Part shown: in pieces, positions 24,401-31,586 of the stretch | Layout of the letters: every line of letters begins with the position of its first letter | Numbering within the stretch: position 1 is the stretch's first letter | Virus record (IMG/VR): IMGVR_UViG_3300011443_000011 | Location: 1 to 44,270 of that record | Length of the DNA stretch: 44,270 nt | Direction: 5' to 3' (one strand) | From: a virus | Made by a program: the position numbers and the translations under genes | Notes under the pieces: model-generated | Told to the model about the DNA's origin: nothing | Seen by the model: the letters and a program-made list of their open reading frames with translations, nothing else | Databases searched by the model: none

Positions 24401-26521
24401 GATGTTGTCGGCGCTATTGAGCCGGATCACCTCGGCGCGCGGTTTGAAAATGCCGCGGGCGGTGCGGGCAGCCTTTCCCATCCGCCCCCAGCGGATCGGT
24501 GTGGGCGATCCGACCGTCCTCATCACCCTGGAGTAATAACCAAAAATCTCTGGAATGCTGATCCGTCCCGTCCCGGCCGCCGCCCGGTTCATCGCCACCG
24601 GGAACCGCGTGCCGCCAGTGACGGGTGTGGTCCCCGCCGGCAATGCCTGGGTCGCGGGCTCGGCTTGAATACTTTCACCGCCGCTGGTTGCGCCTGGCGC
24701 TGGTTCGCCCAGTTCAAGCTCACCGCCCGCGGCGCCACCGGAGAGCGGGGGCGGGGCTGTATAATCGGGCGGGGGCGCCTTGCCGCGAACGATATCGACC
24801 AGGTCCGGGTGCAGATGCCAGTTCTCCCAGCGGGCGCGTTCGGCGCGCAGGTGAGCCAGCTTGGCCTCGAGGGCCGCCGGGTTCTTGATATCGATCCCGT
24901 ACCGGGCGGCCACCTCCGGCTTGCGTGCGGCGCCGAGGATCGCGCGGATATTCTCGGTGTACTCCGCCTGGATCCTCGAGGCCCTTGCGGCCTGGTCCTC
25001 CATCGCCCGGATCGCGGCGTCGTCCCGGCCGAAGATGTCGATCTGCTCGCCGCCACCGCCGCCCGGGGCGGAGGTCTTCTGGTCCATCGCGGCAACCCGC
25101 GCAATGTTCGCGGAATCCTGCGGGCTCTTGCCTTTCAGGGCGGCGCCAATGCCGACCCGTTGAACGGCGTCGTTCTCCGGGGCGACTAAGGCGATGGCTT
25201 CGGCGTGGTCGGGGCTGATCCTTTCGTTGATGAAGGCGTCCCACGTACTATCCGAGGCAGAGAATGCAATGGACGTAGCTTTCCCTGCTCTTTCGCCAAG
25301 AGATCGGCCTTGCGCCAGCGCAGCATCCTTGCCGTGTGTTGCTGCGAGGTTTCGGAAAAATTTCGCCTGGTCATAAATCGTCCCTTTGCCGTCAGCGATA
25401 TTGATCTCGGCCGCTTTCGTCCGCGCGGCCGCTTCGCTCCATCCATCCGATTCCCGGATGATTTGCGCGCCCAGGTCGGCAACCGCGTCACGCTTGGCCT
25501 TGGCGACCCGATGATGACCGTTGGCGACGATATACCGCTCGGCCGGCCCGAGGCCATACTTCGCCTTGTCGAGCGGCTCCCACAAGAGCAAATTGCCGCC
25601 CTTGTACGGATCCCATTTGCCGGTAATGGCGTCCCGTTTGTTCTCCCCGGTCCGAACATCGTCCTGCTGTTTGAATTGCATCACGTCCGGGCGCGACACA
25701 ATTTCACCGGTCGGCACCCGTCGAGCCACATGGCCCTCGAGTTCAGCCGGAGGTTCAACTGGAGGGGCGGGTGGCCTGGCCGCGGGCTCGGTCTGGGCTG
25801 GCTTGAAATCGATCTTCGCTGGCTCAGTGGGCGCCAACTTCATTTCCGCCTCGAACCCGCCAGTTGCAGGGACCGGGCGGGTGCGACTGAGGGCGTGCGT
25901 TGCGGCGCCGGCTGCCATTGCCCCGGTCAACAAGGCGCCGGTGGCCGCCTCGGCGGCACCCTGCATATCCCCGCGCTTGTAGGCTTCCTGGGCTGCGGGA
26001 ACCTGCTGGAGGGCGCCGAGGGTCATATCCACCCCGAAAGCGCCACTCATCAGCTTGAGAATGCTCGGGGCCTGCGCAAGAGCGGCGCCGGCGCCAAATG
26101 TCAAAACCGATCCGGGTGATGCCAATACGTCGGCAACGTTCAGCGTTGCGTTGTAGGCGCCACCGGCAAGCTGCACGGGCAGGGAATCCTGCGGGCCGAC
26201 CCGCAAGGTGCGAGTGTTGACCTTCTCGCTCGGCATGAACATGCCAGGGATCAATCCGAACCGGTCGATCCTGCTCGCCGCCTCACCCTTCATCGGCTCC
26301 CCGCCACGCCGGCCCAGCAATGCCTCGACCGGGGCGGAGTCCCGAGCCGCGGTCACTGCCCGGCCAAGAAATGGCTCAGCCTTCGGGATTCGCGGGGCAA
26401 CCGTTGGCCAGTACCGATCCGGTAACGCAAGAGCCGCCTGGCTCTCTTTGGCCTCGGGTTCCGGTTCCGGCTCGAAGGCGATCTCCTCCTCGGGCTCGAA
26501 ATCTATGGTCTCACTGGGCAA
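21470..26521 (-). CDS. Giant polyvalent (probably virion-internal/ejected) protein with ParB-like and zincin HExxH domains (1683 aa)
   Basis: TTG start at 26521. Gly/Ala-rich hydrophobic segments span aa ~115-210. The ParB/Srx-type motif YIVANGHHRVAKAKRD has GHHR at 25519..25508. The zincin motif AAHEIAHAIDH has HEIAH at 24388..24374. It is the last gene of the late operon. The architecture matches the polyvalent proteins described for phages and conjugative elements. Confidence 0.7.
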   Translation of the reverse strand: MPSETIDFEPEEEIAFEPEPEPEAKESQAALALPDRYWPTVAPRIPKAEPFLGRAVTAARDSAPVEALLGRRGGEPMKGEAASRIDRFGLIPGMFMPSEKVNTRTLRVGPQDSLPVQLAGGAYNATLNVADVLASPGSVLTFGAGAALAQAPSILKLMSGAFGVDMTLGALQQVPAAQEAYKRGDMQGAAEAATGALLTGAMAAGAATHALSRTRPVPATGGFEAEMKLAPTEPAKIDFKPAQTEPAARPPAPPVEPPAELEGHVARRVPTGEIVSRPDVMQFKQQDDVRTGENKRDAITGKWDPYKGGNLLLWEPLDKAKYGLGPAERYIVANGHHRVAKAKRDAVADLGAQIIRESDGWSEAAARTKAAEINIADGKGTIYDQAKFFRNLAATHGKDAALAQGRSLGERAGKATSIAFSASDSTWDAFINERISPDHAEAIALVAPENDAVQRVGIGAALKGKSPQDSANIARVAAMDQKTSAPGGGGGEQIDIFGRDDAAIRAMEDQAARASRIQAEYTENIRAILGAARKPEVAARYGIDIKNPAALEAKLAHLRAERARWENWHLHPDLVDIVRGKAPPPDYTAPPPLSGGAAGGELELGEPAPGATSGGESIQAEPATQALPAGTTPVTGGTRFPVAMNRAAAGTGRISIPEIFGYYSRVMRTVGSPTPIRWGRMGKAARTARGIFKPRAEVIRLNSADNITTAAHEIAHAIDHRMFRKAGTPLHTSTPPNVRAELVAMGRALYGSRKPNAGYTSEGFSELLRHWLTLDDARTVAPHATQWLENVVFAGKPGFAEAMQAAKRATDLWREQGSYERAMAQMAPPSSWLASKLQSVRETLSTKGFVEEATPLERIGEAHRELTGAKLPVTQDPFAIYTAKRGATPKVLQTMVNDGMLDIWGRATGGESLKNALAPIKPGEAEQFAVYLWARRAIERWGRPEPVNPGMSLADAQHNRALLENPRFARAAQGYYKWWDGILDYVAEASPANAELVDRIRQHSHEYVPLPRQIPEALARAGEAGRGGGGLHKMEGSGLGIRNIYESTLKVASGLIDKAHRDLVTETVFEAANTPGMGSLVEKVPKDQVPNNVSIDKIKSQLEAMGLDLTGVPADAFVSYFTDAHKPKGWDSVMVRKTVGGETDWYQVNPEIAEVLSETPPAQLKKYSHAIGEIFAGSNRLFKLGTTGLRVPFAIFNGLRDLQTLLVQSHFTGRPDKILAAYMGAWGENLKGLFQEVGLGKGSETLKMLNDLGTPMANFNAGDIRTLRRESRHLFRGRLFRRAMSPVETLRDLIGSVENAPRLAELKLGLDHFGWKPGEPITAEQALQLAIATKRVTTDFTARGGSGTYRALQRYSPFFGAAVQGLRGTARTFKRDRLVGPERSRAKLALQMSMAGGMITAWTMANWNRNKDKDWYRGLPWRERYLNTHVEMPNGVIVKVPRPHEWGNMFQVIPEALMDTLHQRDPEFAKQAFNHLFLTTVPGSAPPLLTAAGEQFANKRFFFDRNIVPANLVGRPPGEQRGPYTSLPAAALGDLAPNTISPQRVDALAQQLGGGLATDILSLPGAVRDLASDKPGREPEPADWPIVGRLFRRGGGYSQNNQFIADFFDDYSFIGMRSRSKTHPLTAKEKAYWHALQPAHEQIKDLLDRANKDPNLESRQARYRTAARRAERITEMGKRLKVR

Positions 26522-27794
26522 GTCGATAACCTTTCTTCAGGGCGACCTCGACCTGGCTGGCGGGAATCGTTCCCCGCTTGCCGTCAGGAGCGACCACCGT
26601 GACCCGTGCCTTGGCTGGTTCCGGGGTGGGTTCCATGGCCGATCCTGGCTGGGTCGTGACAGCACCAGCAACCTCGGCATCGGGCACCACGGGCGCCTCC
26701 TCGCCCCGGAGCGATTCGCGCAGGTCGCCAAACGCCGGACGAAAGTTCTGCGCGGGCACATCATCCCCGCGCAGGGATTGCCGCAGGTCGCCGAATGCCG
26801 CCTTGAGCGGCACCGGTTCCGCTGGTCCCGCCGGGGCTGGCGGGTTCAACAACATATTCAGGTCGTTGATCGCCTTCTCCATCTCGGAGATATCGCGCTG
26901 GTATTGCTCAGCCTCCGGACCCGTGACGCCTTCCGCTTGAGTTCGTAACTCGCGCAACTTCTCCGCGATCTCGGCCCGCGTCTTGATAACCGTTCCACGC
27001 TGGGCAGGTGTCAGGGTGGTAACTCCCTTGTCCTTGGGCAAAAGCTGGAATCCGCCCTTGCCCGTGGGAATCCCGAAACTGATGATGTTACCTTTCTCAT
27101 CACGGATTGCCTGCGCCGTTGGAGTTTCACCACCCCCGATCTCATTCGGCAAAACTTGGAATGCGCCTGTTCCCCGCGAAAAAACCACCTTGCGCCCGGC
27201 CAGGTCCATCTCTTCCGGAACCCGGTCGCGCTCGCCCGCGCCGTACCGCTGCAAGGCGTTGATCATCGTATCGACATGCGGGCTGCCGGCCACCCCGGAC
27301 TCGCCCGCATAGCGGGTCAGGGTTGCGGCATCAATCGAGGGAGGGGGTGCCGCAAAGGGAACCTGGACATTGGCCGGCCGATTAAAATGCCCGGCAATAA
27401 GCTGATTGTATCTGGCAAGCTTGCGGGCATCATCGGCCTTGAGCGCGGCCGCCTGCTGGCTCAATGCGAGCTGGGCCTCCGCCCGGCGATTGTCCGCCTC
27501 GTAATTGGCGATCTGCGCCTTGCGCACCTTGTCCGCCATGTACATCGCCGCGCCGCCGATCACCCCCTTGGCGGCACCCGTGCTCATGCTCGGCACCTTG
27601 GAGAGCTGCTCGCCGAACAGTTCGAGCGCCTGCGGATCGTCCTTCAGATACCGGCCGATCATTTCGGCGGTGGCGGTCGTTTGCTGGCGTTCCTCACGGT
27701 TGCGCCGCCAGTCCTGGAGGTTCTGGGCAAGGCGCGGGCCGACCTGCGAGAAGTATTCGCCGGCTTGAGCCTGTATTCCTGGGGCGTAAGGCAT
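26511..27794 (-). CDS. Internal virion/structural protein (427 aa)
   Basis: Coiled-coil-rich. It has an internal tandem duplication AAFGDLRQSLRGDDVP / PAFGDLRESLRGEEAP (26682..26801). It overlaps the next gene by 11 nt. Confidence 0.5.
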   Translation of the reverse strand: MPYAPGIQAQAGEYFSQVGPRLAQNLQDWRRNREERQQTTATAEMIGRYLKDDPQALELFGEQLSKVPSMSTGAAKGVIGGAAMYMADKVRKAQIANYEADNRRAEAQLALSQQAAALKADDARKLARYNQLIAGHFNRPANVQVPFAAPPPSIDAATLTRYAGESGVAGSPHVDTMINALQRYGAGERDRVPEEMDLAGRKVVFSRGTGAFQVLPNEIGGGETPTAQAIRDEKGNIISFGIPTGKGGFQLLPKDKGVTTLTPAQRGTVIKTRAEIAEKLRELRTQAEGVTGPEAEQYQRDISEMEKAINDLNMLLNPPAPAGPAEPVPLKAAFGDLRQSLRGDDVPAQNFRPAFGDLRESLRGEEAPVVPDAEVAGAVTTQPGSAMEPTPEPAKARVTVVAPDGKRGTIPASQVEVALKKGYRLAQ

Positions 27795-27812
27795 ATAACG
27801 ATGGGTTAGAGA

Positions 27813-28244
27813 CTAGTGGGGATTTCCTTGTTCATCGTGGTTGTCGCGCCAGGTATGGCGGCGCAGCGTTGGAGAGACTTTGCGCATGTGCTCGTAGCCC
27901 CCGCAGATTGCCGCAACCAGGCAGCACATCTCGAGTCCGCAAAATCGCAGGATGTCCGCCATCTGCCTTTCGCTGGCTTCACTGGATTTCTCCCAGGCCA
28001 CGCTGTCGGCGTACGCATTCGTGATGATGATGATGAGCGGGCGCAAATGGCTCCAATGCGCCAGGAAGAACGGGTGGGTGTAGAGATCCACCGCCTGGGC
28101 CAGGATCGCCAGAAAGCTTTCGGGCCCGCGCTGCTCGTCGATTTGATCGTCAATGTCATGGCAATATTTCGCCCATTTCTGGAGCCAATCCGCCGCGATC
28201 GCGTCGCCTTTAGTGACCTCTCCGATGGCAAGTTCAAACGTCAA
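27813..28244 (-). CDS. DDxxD-motif helical protein, paralog 1 (143 aa from TTG 28244; 160 aa if 28295)
   Basis: It is collinear with 29791..30279: HDIDDQID vs LDDLEDGD, HPFFLAHWSHLRPL vs NPFFAQHAAYLIPL, and CLVAAICGGYEHMRKVSPTLR vs CLVAGLVGGYQHRRTVSPRIR. TTG 28244 overlaps the upstream TGA (TTGA). Confidence 0.55.
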   Translation of the reverse strand: MTFELAIGEVTKGDAIAADWLQKWAKYCHDIDDQIDEQRGPESFLAILAQAVDLYTHPFFLAHWSHLRPLIIIITNAYADSVAWEKSSEASERQMADILRFCGLEMCCLVAAICGGYEHMRKVSPTLRRHTWRDNHDEQGNPH

Positions 28245-28573
28245 GCCAGTTGCAAGTCGTGCGCGGCGCTGGTCACCACAAAGCCAGGCAGCCAATGCTC
28301 AATAGTCAGAAACGCAGCCCGGCTATGCGCGCTGGCCCCGTGGATCTGGCCGGCCCGGACCCGCATCGGACGGATCGGACCGATCGGACCAGTCGGACGG
28401 CTGCGGTCGTCCCGGCGCCAGGTCATCCGGCCCCACAACGGGATGAGATAGGCGTCCAAGTGCCGGTGGCGGTGGTCCGGGATCTCTGCCCCGCAAGGCG
28501 CGAGCCAGAGTTCCGCGCGCCAGCGACCCAGTCGCAACAGCGGGATGCCAGTGCAATGGAAAACGTGGTTCAA
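28241..28573 (-). CDS. Small cupin-like protein (110 aa) carrying repeat array D
   Basis: PDHRHRHLDAYLIPLWGRM...VRAGQIHGASAHSRAAFLTIEHW suggests a His-rich beta-barrel. ATGA/TTGA coupling at both ends supports this frame. Confidence 0.5.
   Translation of the reverse strand: MNHVFHCTGIPLLRLGRWRAELWLAPCGAEIPDHRHRHLDAYLIPLWGRMTWRRDDRSRPTGPIGPIRPMRVRAGQIHGASAHSRAAFLTIEHWLPGFVVTSAAHDLQLA
28354..28398. repeat. 9-bp-periodic (A/G)TCGGAC array D inside the cupin-like CDS, read in a different frame
   Basis: CCCGGAC at 28354, ATCGGAC at 28365, 28374 and 28383, GTCGGAC at 28392. It is translated as PTGPIGPIRPM, not SD. Confidence 0.85.
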
Positions 28574-28902
28574 AAGCGGATCTTGCTCTGCAATGCGGAG
28601 CGGCCCAGGCCGCTCTTGCCTTGGACTTGATCGAGCACCGCGGCGTAATCGATCGCGCCGCCGCCGTAAAGTTTGTTTGCGCCGGAGGTCGCTGGCTGTG
28701 TGGGCTGGCCAGGAACAGGTTGAGCTTGGCCACCAATGCCGCCTTGGGTGATCAACTGCTGGATCGGAAGCTCCTCGCCCGTGCCGAGATCGCCGTTCGG
28801 GCCGGCCGTCATCCTGGCTTCAACAGCGGCGCGAAAATCCTGCAATTGTTTCTCTTCGGCCAACCGTTGCTGCCAGTTCCTCAGATTCGAGCCTAAGGCC
28901 AT
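28570..28902 (-). CDS. Hypothetical structural-module protein (110 aa)
   Basis: ATG at 28902. ATGA overlap with the downstream gene. Confidence 0.5.
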   Translation of the reverse strand: MALGSNLRNWQQRLAEEKQLQDFRAAVEARMTAGPNGDLGTGEELPIQQLITQGGIGGQAQPVPGQPTQPATSGANKLYGGGAIDYAAVLDQVQGKSGLGRSALQSKIRF

Positions 28903-28911
28903 AAATAATCC

Positions 28912-29784
28912 TTAGAATGAGGCCAGCGAGGAATAGATGCCCGCCTGGGCATTGCCCTGGGCTATCTTCGAGGCCGCCTGCGCGTTGTAGTTGGTGTTGT
29001 AGAGATCCTGCGCGTAAGCGTTGTTGGGATCGAATCGGTCATAGACCGATTGGCTTTGCGCACCGAAACCCTGCCCTTGCCCGAGCAAGCCCGAGGCGGC
29101 GCCCGGTGTCGTGGCCGAACGACCGAGAATCGCCATGTAGGGATCGGTCTGGGTGGCGGCATTCACGCCGGCCATTTGCATGCCCCTGGACAGGTTCTCG
29201 CCGCGCCACCGGTTCGCAGCCTCGCTCTGCGCCAGGGTCTCGGCATAGGCATCGCTCGGGCCGTACCCCAGCCCGCGCGCTGCCTGGCCGGCGCGCGTGG
29301 ATTGGTTGACCACGTTGCGCAGGCCACCTGGCAGGTTGTACCCAGCCTGGACATCGCTCGTGGTTTGCTGATTGAGAGAATCGAGCAGGGCGGTTGCCTC
29401 GGGATTGAGCGCCCGCATCGACTCCCGCACTTGCGGACCCAGCCTCCCCACATCCGCAATATCCGCCTCGCGCTGCGCTGCGCTTGCTTGCCGATCAAGC
29501 GCGGAGAGTTGCGGGCCAATCTGCTGAGTGTATGCATCGAGCAAACCGCGCTGTCCACCGCTGCCAAAGAGTGCGTTGTTGAAGGATTGCAGCTCGAGCT
29601 GGTCATACTTCGGACGATACTGCGATTCCATCGCGTACCGTTGCGGCGCCAACTCGATTTCTGCCTTGAGTGTGTCGAGGTATTCCTTCTCCAGATCGCG
29701 TTCGCCAGGATCCTCGTAAATGCCTTTAGTCAACGCCTTGGTGCCGCCCGTGACCGGTTTGAGTAGGAAGTCGAAGAAGCCCAT
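28912..29784 (-). CDS. Internal virion protein-like, Gln/Ala/Gly/Asn-rich (290 aa)
   Basis: ATG at 29784, directly preceded by a heptamer array. The composition is typical of podovirus internal/ejection proteins. Call is by position and composition only. Confidence 0.45.
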   Translation of the reverse strand: MGFFDFLLKPVTGGTKALTKGIYEDPGERDLEKEYLDTLKAEIELAPQRYAMESQYRPKYDQLELQSFNNALFGSGGQRGLLDAYTQQIGPQLSALDRQASAAQREADIADVGRLGPQVRESMRALNPEATALLDSLNQQTTSDVQAGYNLPGGLRNVVNQSTRAGQAARGLGYGPSDAYAETLAQSEAANRWRGENLSRGMQMAGVNAATQTDPYMAILGRSATTPGAASGLLGQGQGFGAQSQSVYDRFDPNNAYAQDLYNTNYNAQAASKIAQGNAQAGIYSSLASF

Positions 29785-29790
29785 GGAAAG

Positions 29791-30279
29791 TTAGGTGTGA
29801 GGTGTGAGGTGTGAGGTTTCAGGAGCCAGCGAGTCCGCTTGGGCGTCCCAATCGGGGTATAGGAGCATCCGAATGCGGGGGCTCACGGTGCGGCGGTGCT
29901 GGTATCCGCCAACCAGGCCGGCCACCAGGCACGCGATCTCGTTGATTTGGCCGGACCACACTTTGCTCGAGGGGAGAAGTCCATCCGGATCCATCTGGCT
30001 GGCATCCTGCCACGCGTTGATTGCAGCGTCGTGCAAGGGGATCAGATAAGCCGCGTGCTGGGCGAAGAAGGGATTGCGGGGCAAGACCACTAAAGTGAGG
30101 TGAGCCAGGTATCCGACTTCGACCGGGCCGTGATCGCCATCCTCGAGGTCATCCAGCATCCGGGCCACTTGCGCAATCAACCCGAGATAGGCCGCGGCTT
30201 GCTGATTCTCGCCCGCTGCAAGTGCAATGGCCTCACGCACGGCGGTCTGGTTCTGTTCGAGGTCGGCCTTGGTGCTCAT
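29791..30279 (-). CDS. DDxxD-motif helical protein, paralog 2 (162 aa)
   Basis: See 27813..28244. Its last 7 codons (SHLTPHT*) are encoded by the heptamer array. Confidence 0.55.
   Translation of the reverse strand: MSTKADLEQNQTAVREAIALAAGENQQAAAYLGLIAQVARMLDDLEDGDHGPVEVGYLAHLTLVVLPRNPFFAQHAAYLIPLHDAAINAWQDASQMDPDGLLPSSKVWSGQINEIACLVAGLVGGYQHRRTVSPRIRMLLYPDWDAQADSLAPETSHLTPHT
29793..29827. repeat. Tandem heptamer array (AGGTGTG variant), unpaired
   Basis: AGGTGTG x3, AGGTTTC, AGGAGCC. It ends 8 nt from ATG 29784 and contains the upstream stop (29791..29793). Confidence 0.9.
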
Positions 30280-31583
30280 GCGAAGACAGCGATCATGAGG
30301 TATTGGGGATCGTTGCGATTATTGCCCACAAGCGAGCGACAGCACACATCGAAGGATCCAGGAGATGGACTTAAGGTGGCCGGTGGGTCCGGATCCGCCC
30401 CGCCCACGTTGATAGAGCATACCTGGCTCTGCAAGTCAGCCTCGTCGTCGTAATAGCTACCCGTCACCTGGACGGCGTAGTTCTCGGTCAACATCGGGGT
30501 CTCAAAAAATATTCGGAAGTCGCCGTGGTCTCCAGAAGTGGTTCCCCTGGTACGGATAATGGCGGAGATATTCGAACTGCCCCGGATCGGATTGTTCGCC
30601 CAGTAAAAGAATGCGCGACCAGGCGTTGAGCTGGTGATATCCACCAACTGTGCTGTGTCGCCAGTGAGCGCCGCCGCTTTGGTCTTAAAGAGTCGGAACT
30701 GGGTGGAAGATCCCCCCAGCATGGAAACGTAGTAGGGCGTCCAGGCGGTGACTCCCGCGGCGGCCTGTGTCGGTACAAACCAGATGAATTCCCCGGTCTC
30801 GAGTCCAAGGGGCAGGGCGGTGCCTATGACGTTGGCATCCGCGTCCCAAAAGTTGGTGGCGACCGACGTCGAGGTTTCCGCGCCGTTGATATTGGCCCAG
30901 GCTTTCATTCCTCCAGCCTGCGCGACCAGGTCCTTGACCTTTAGCCGCACCTGCTGATTAGGGGCCGTCAGACTCACGTCCCTGACCAACACCTCGTCAT
31001 TGTTGATATCGATCTCAGTGCCCGGATTCGATTTGGCAATCAGGATGTTGGTGAACGAGGCCACCACATTGCCCACCTTCGCCTTTCGGTTCGGGTTGCT
31101 GCCAGCCAGGGCCGTCGCGTCCCAGAGCATCAGCATGTCGTTGCCCTCATCGATGCCACCGGCAGTGGTGATCTCGGTTTGGCCGCTGATTCCCTCGCGC
31201 AGCGTATTCTCTATCGTGGCTTTCTTGTTGGGCCCAGCAGCCTGGATGATCCATGCGAAATCCCCAAACTTGACATCGGAAATCGCGTCCAGGTGCGGCG
31301 TGGATAAGGCCAGGATCTCATTGATCGTTGCGCTGCGAAGTCCACCTGAACTGATATCCTCGAACATCATCAGGTCGAGGCCGTCAGGCGTTGCGCGAGT
31401 CAAGCCGGAGATCAGCCCTGGCGAGAGTTTATCCGAGGTGATTGACCCAGGCGGAATCAGCGCCGCGGAGATGGTTCCCTCGAGTTCAATAGTGGGCCGC
31501 CCCAGTTGATTGAGCTTGGTCTGGGTCAGTTTCTCGTTCTCGGAGAACTGATAACCGGGAATGACTCTGAGGCTGAGTGCCAT
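30276..31583 (-). CDS. Tail fibre/spike-like protein (435 aa)
   Basis: The N-terminus MALSLRVIPGYQFSENEKLTQTKLNQLGRP...IPPGSITSDKLSPG resembles tail-fibre N-terminal adaptor segments. Its position after the large tail protein supports the call. Confidence 0.5.
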   Translation of the reverse strand: MALSLRVIPGYQFSENEKLTQTKLNQLGRPTIELEGTISAALIPPGSITSDKLSPGLISGLTRATPDGLDLMMFEDISSGGLRSATINEILALSTPHLDAISDVKFGDFAWIIQAAGPNKKATIENTLREGISGQTEITTAGGIDEGNDMLMLWDATALAGSNPNRKAKVGNVVASFTNILIAKSNPGTEIDINNDEVLVRDVSLTAPNQQVRLKVKDLVAQAGGMKAWANINGAETSTSVATNFWDADANVIGTALPLGLETGEFIWFVPTQAAAGVTAWTPYYVSMLGGSSTQFRLFKTKAAALTGDTAQLVDITSSTPGRAFFYWANNPIRGSSNISAIIRTRGTTSGDHGDFRIFFETPMLTENYAVQVTGSYYDDEADLQSQVCSINVGGADPDPPATLSPSPGSFDVCCRSLVGNNRNDPQYLMIAVFA

Positions 31584-31586
31584 AAA

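Noticed and set aside
1870-28200. Cyanobacterial HIP1 palindrome (GCGATCGC) enrichment as a host clue
   Set aside because: I spotted about 6-7 copies by eye (e.g. near 1877, 17755, 19237, 22386, 22524, 28193). That is only a modest excess over my rough expectation of 1-2 and far below true HIP1 densities. It is not enough to call a host, and a proper count is needed.
28323-28736. 137-aa ORF reading the fourth 9-bp array as SDWSDRSDPSD
   Set aside because: It has Arg/Pro/Ala-rich shadow composition and overlaps two genes that are chained by 4-nt stop/start overlaps.
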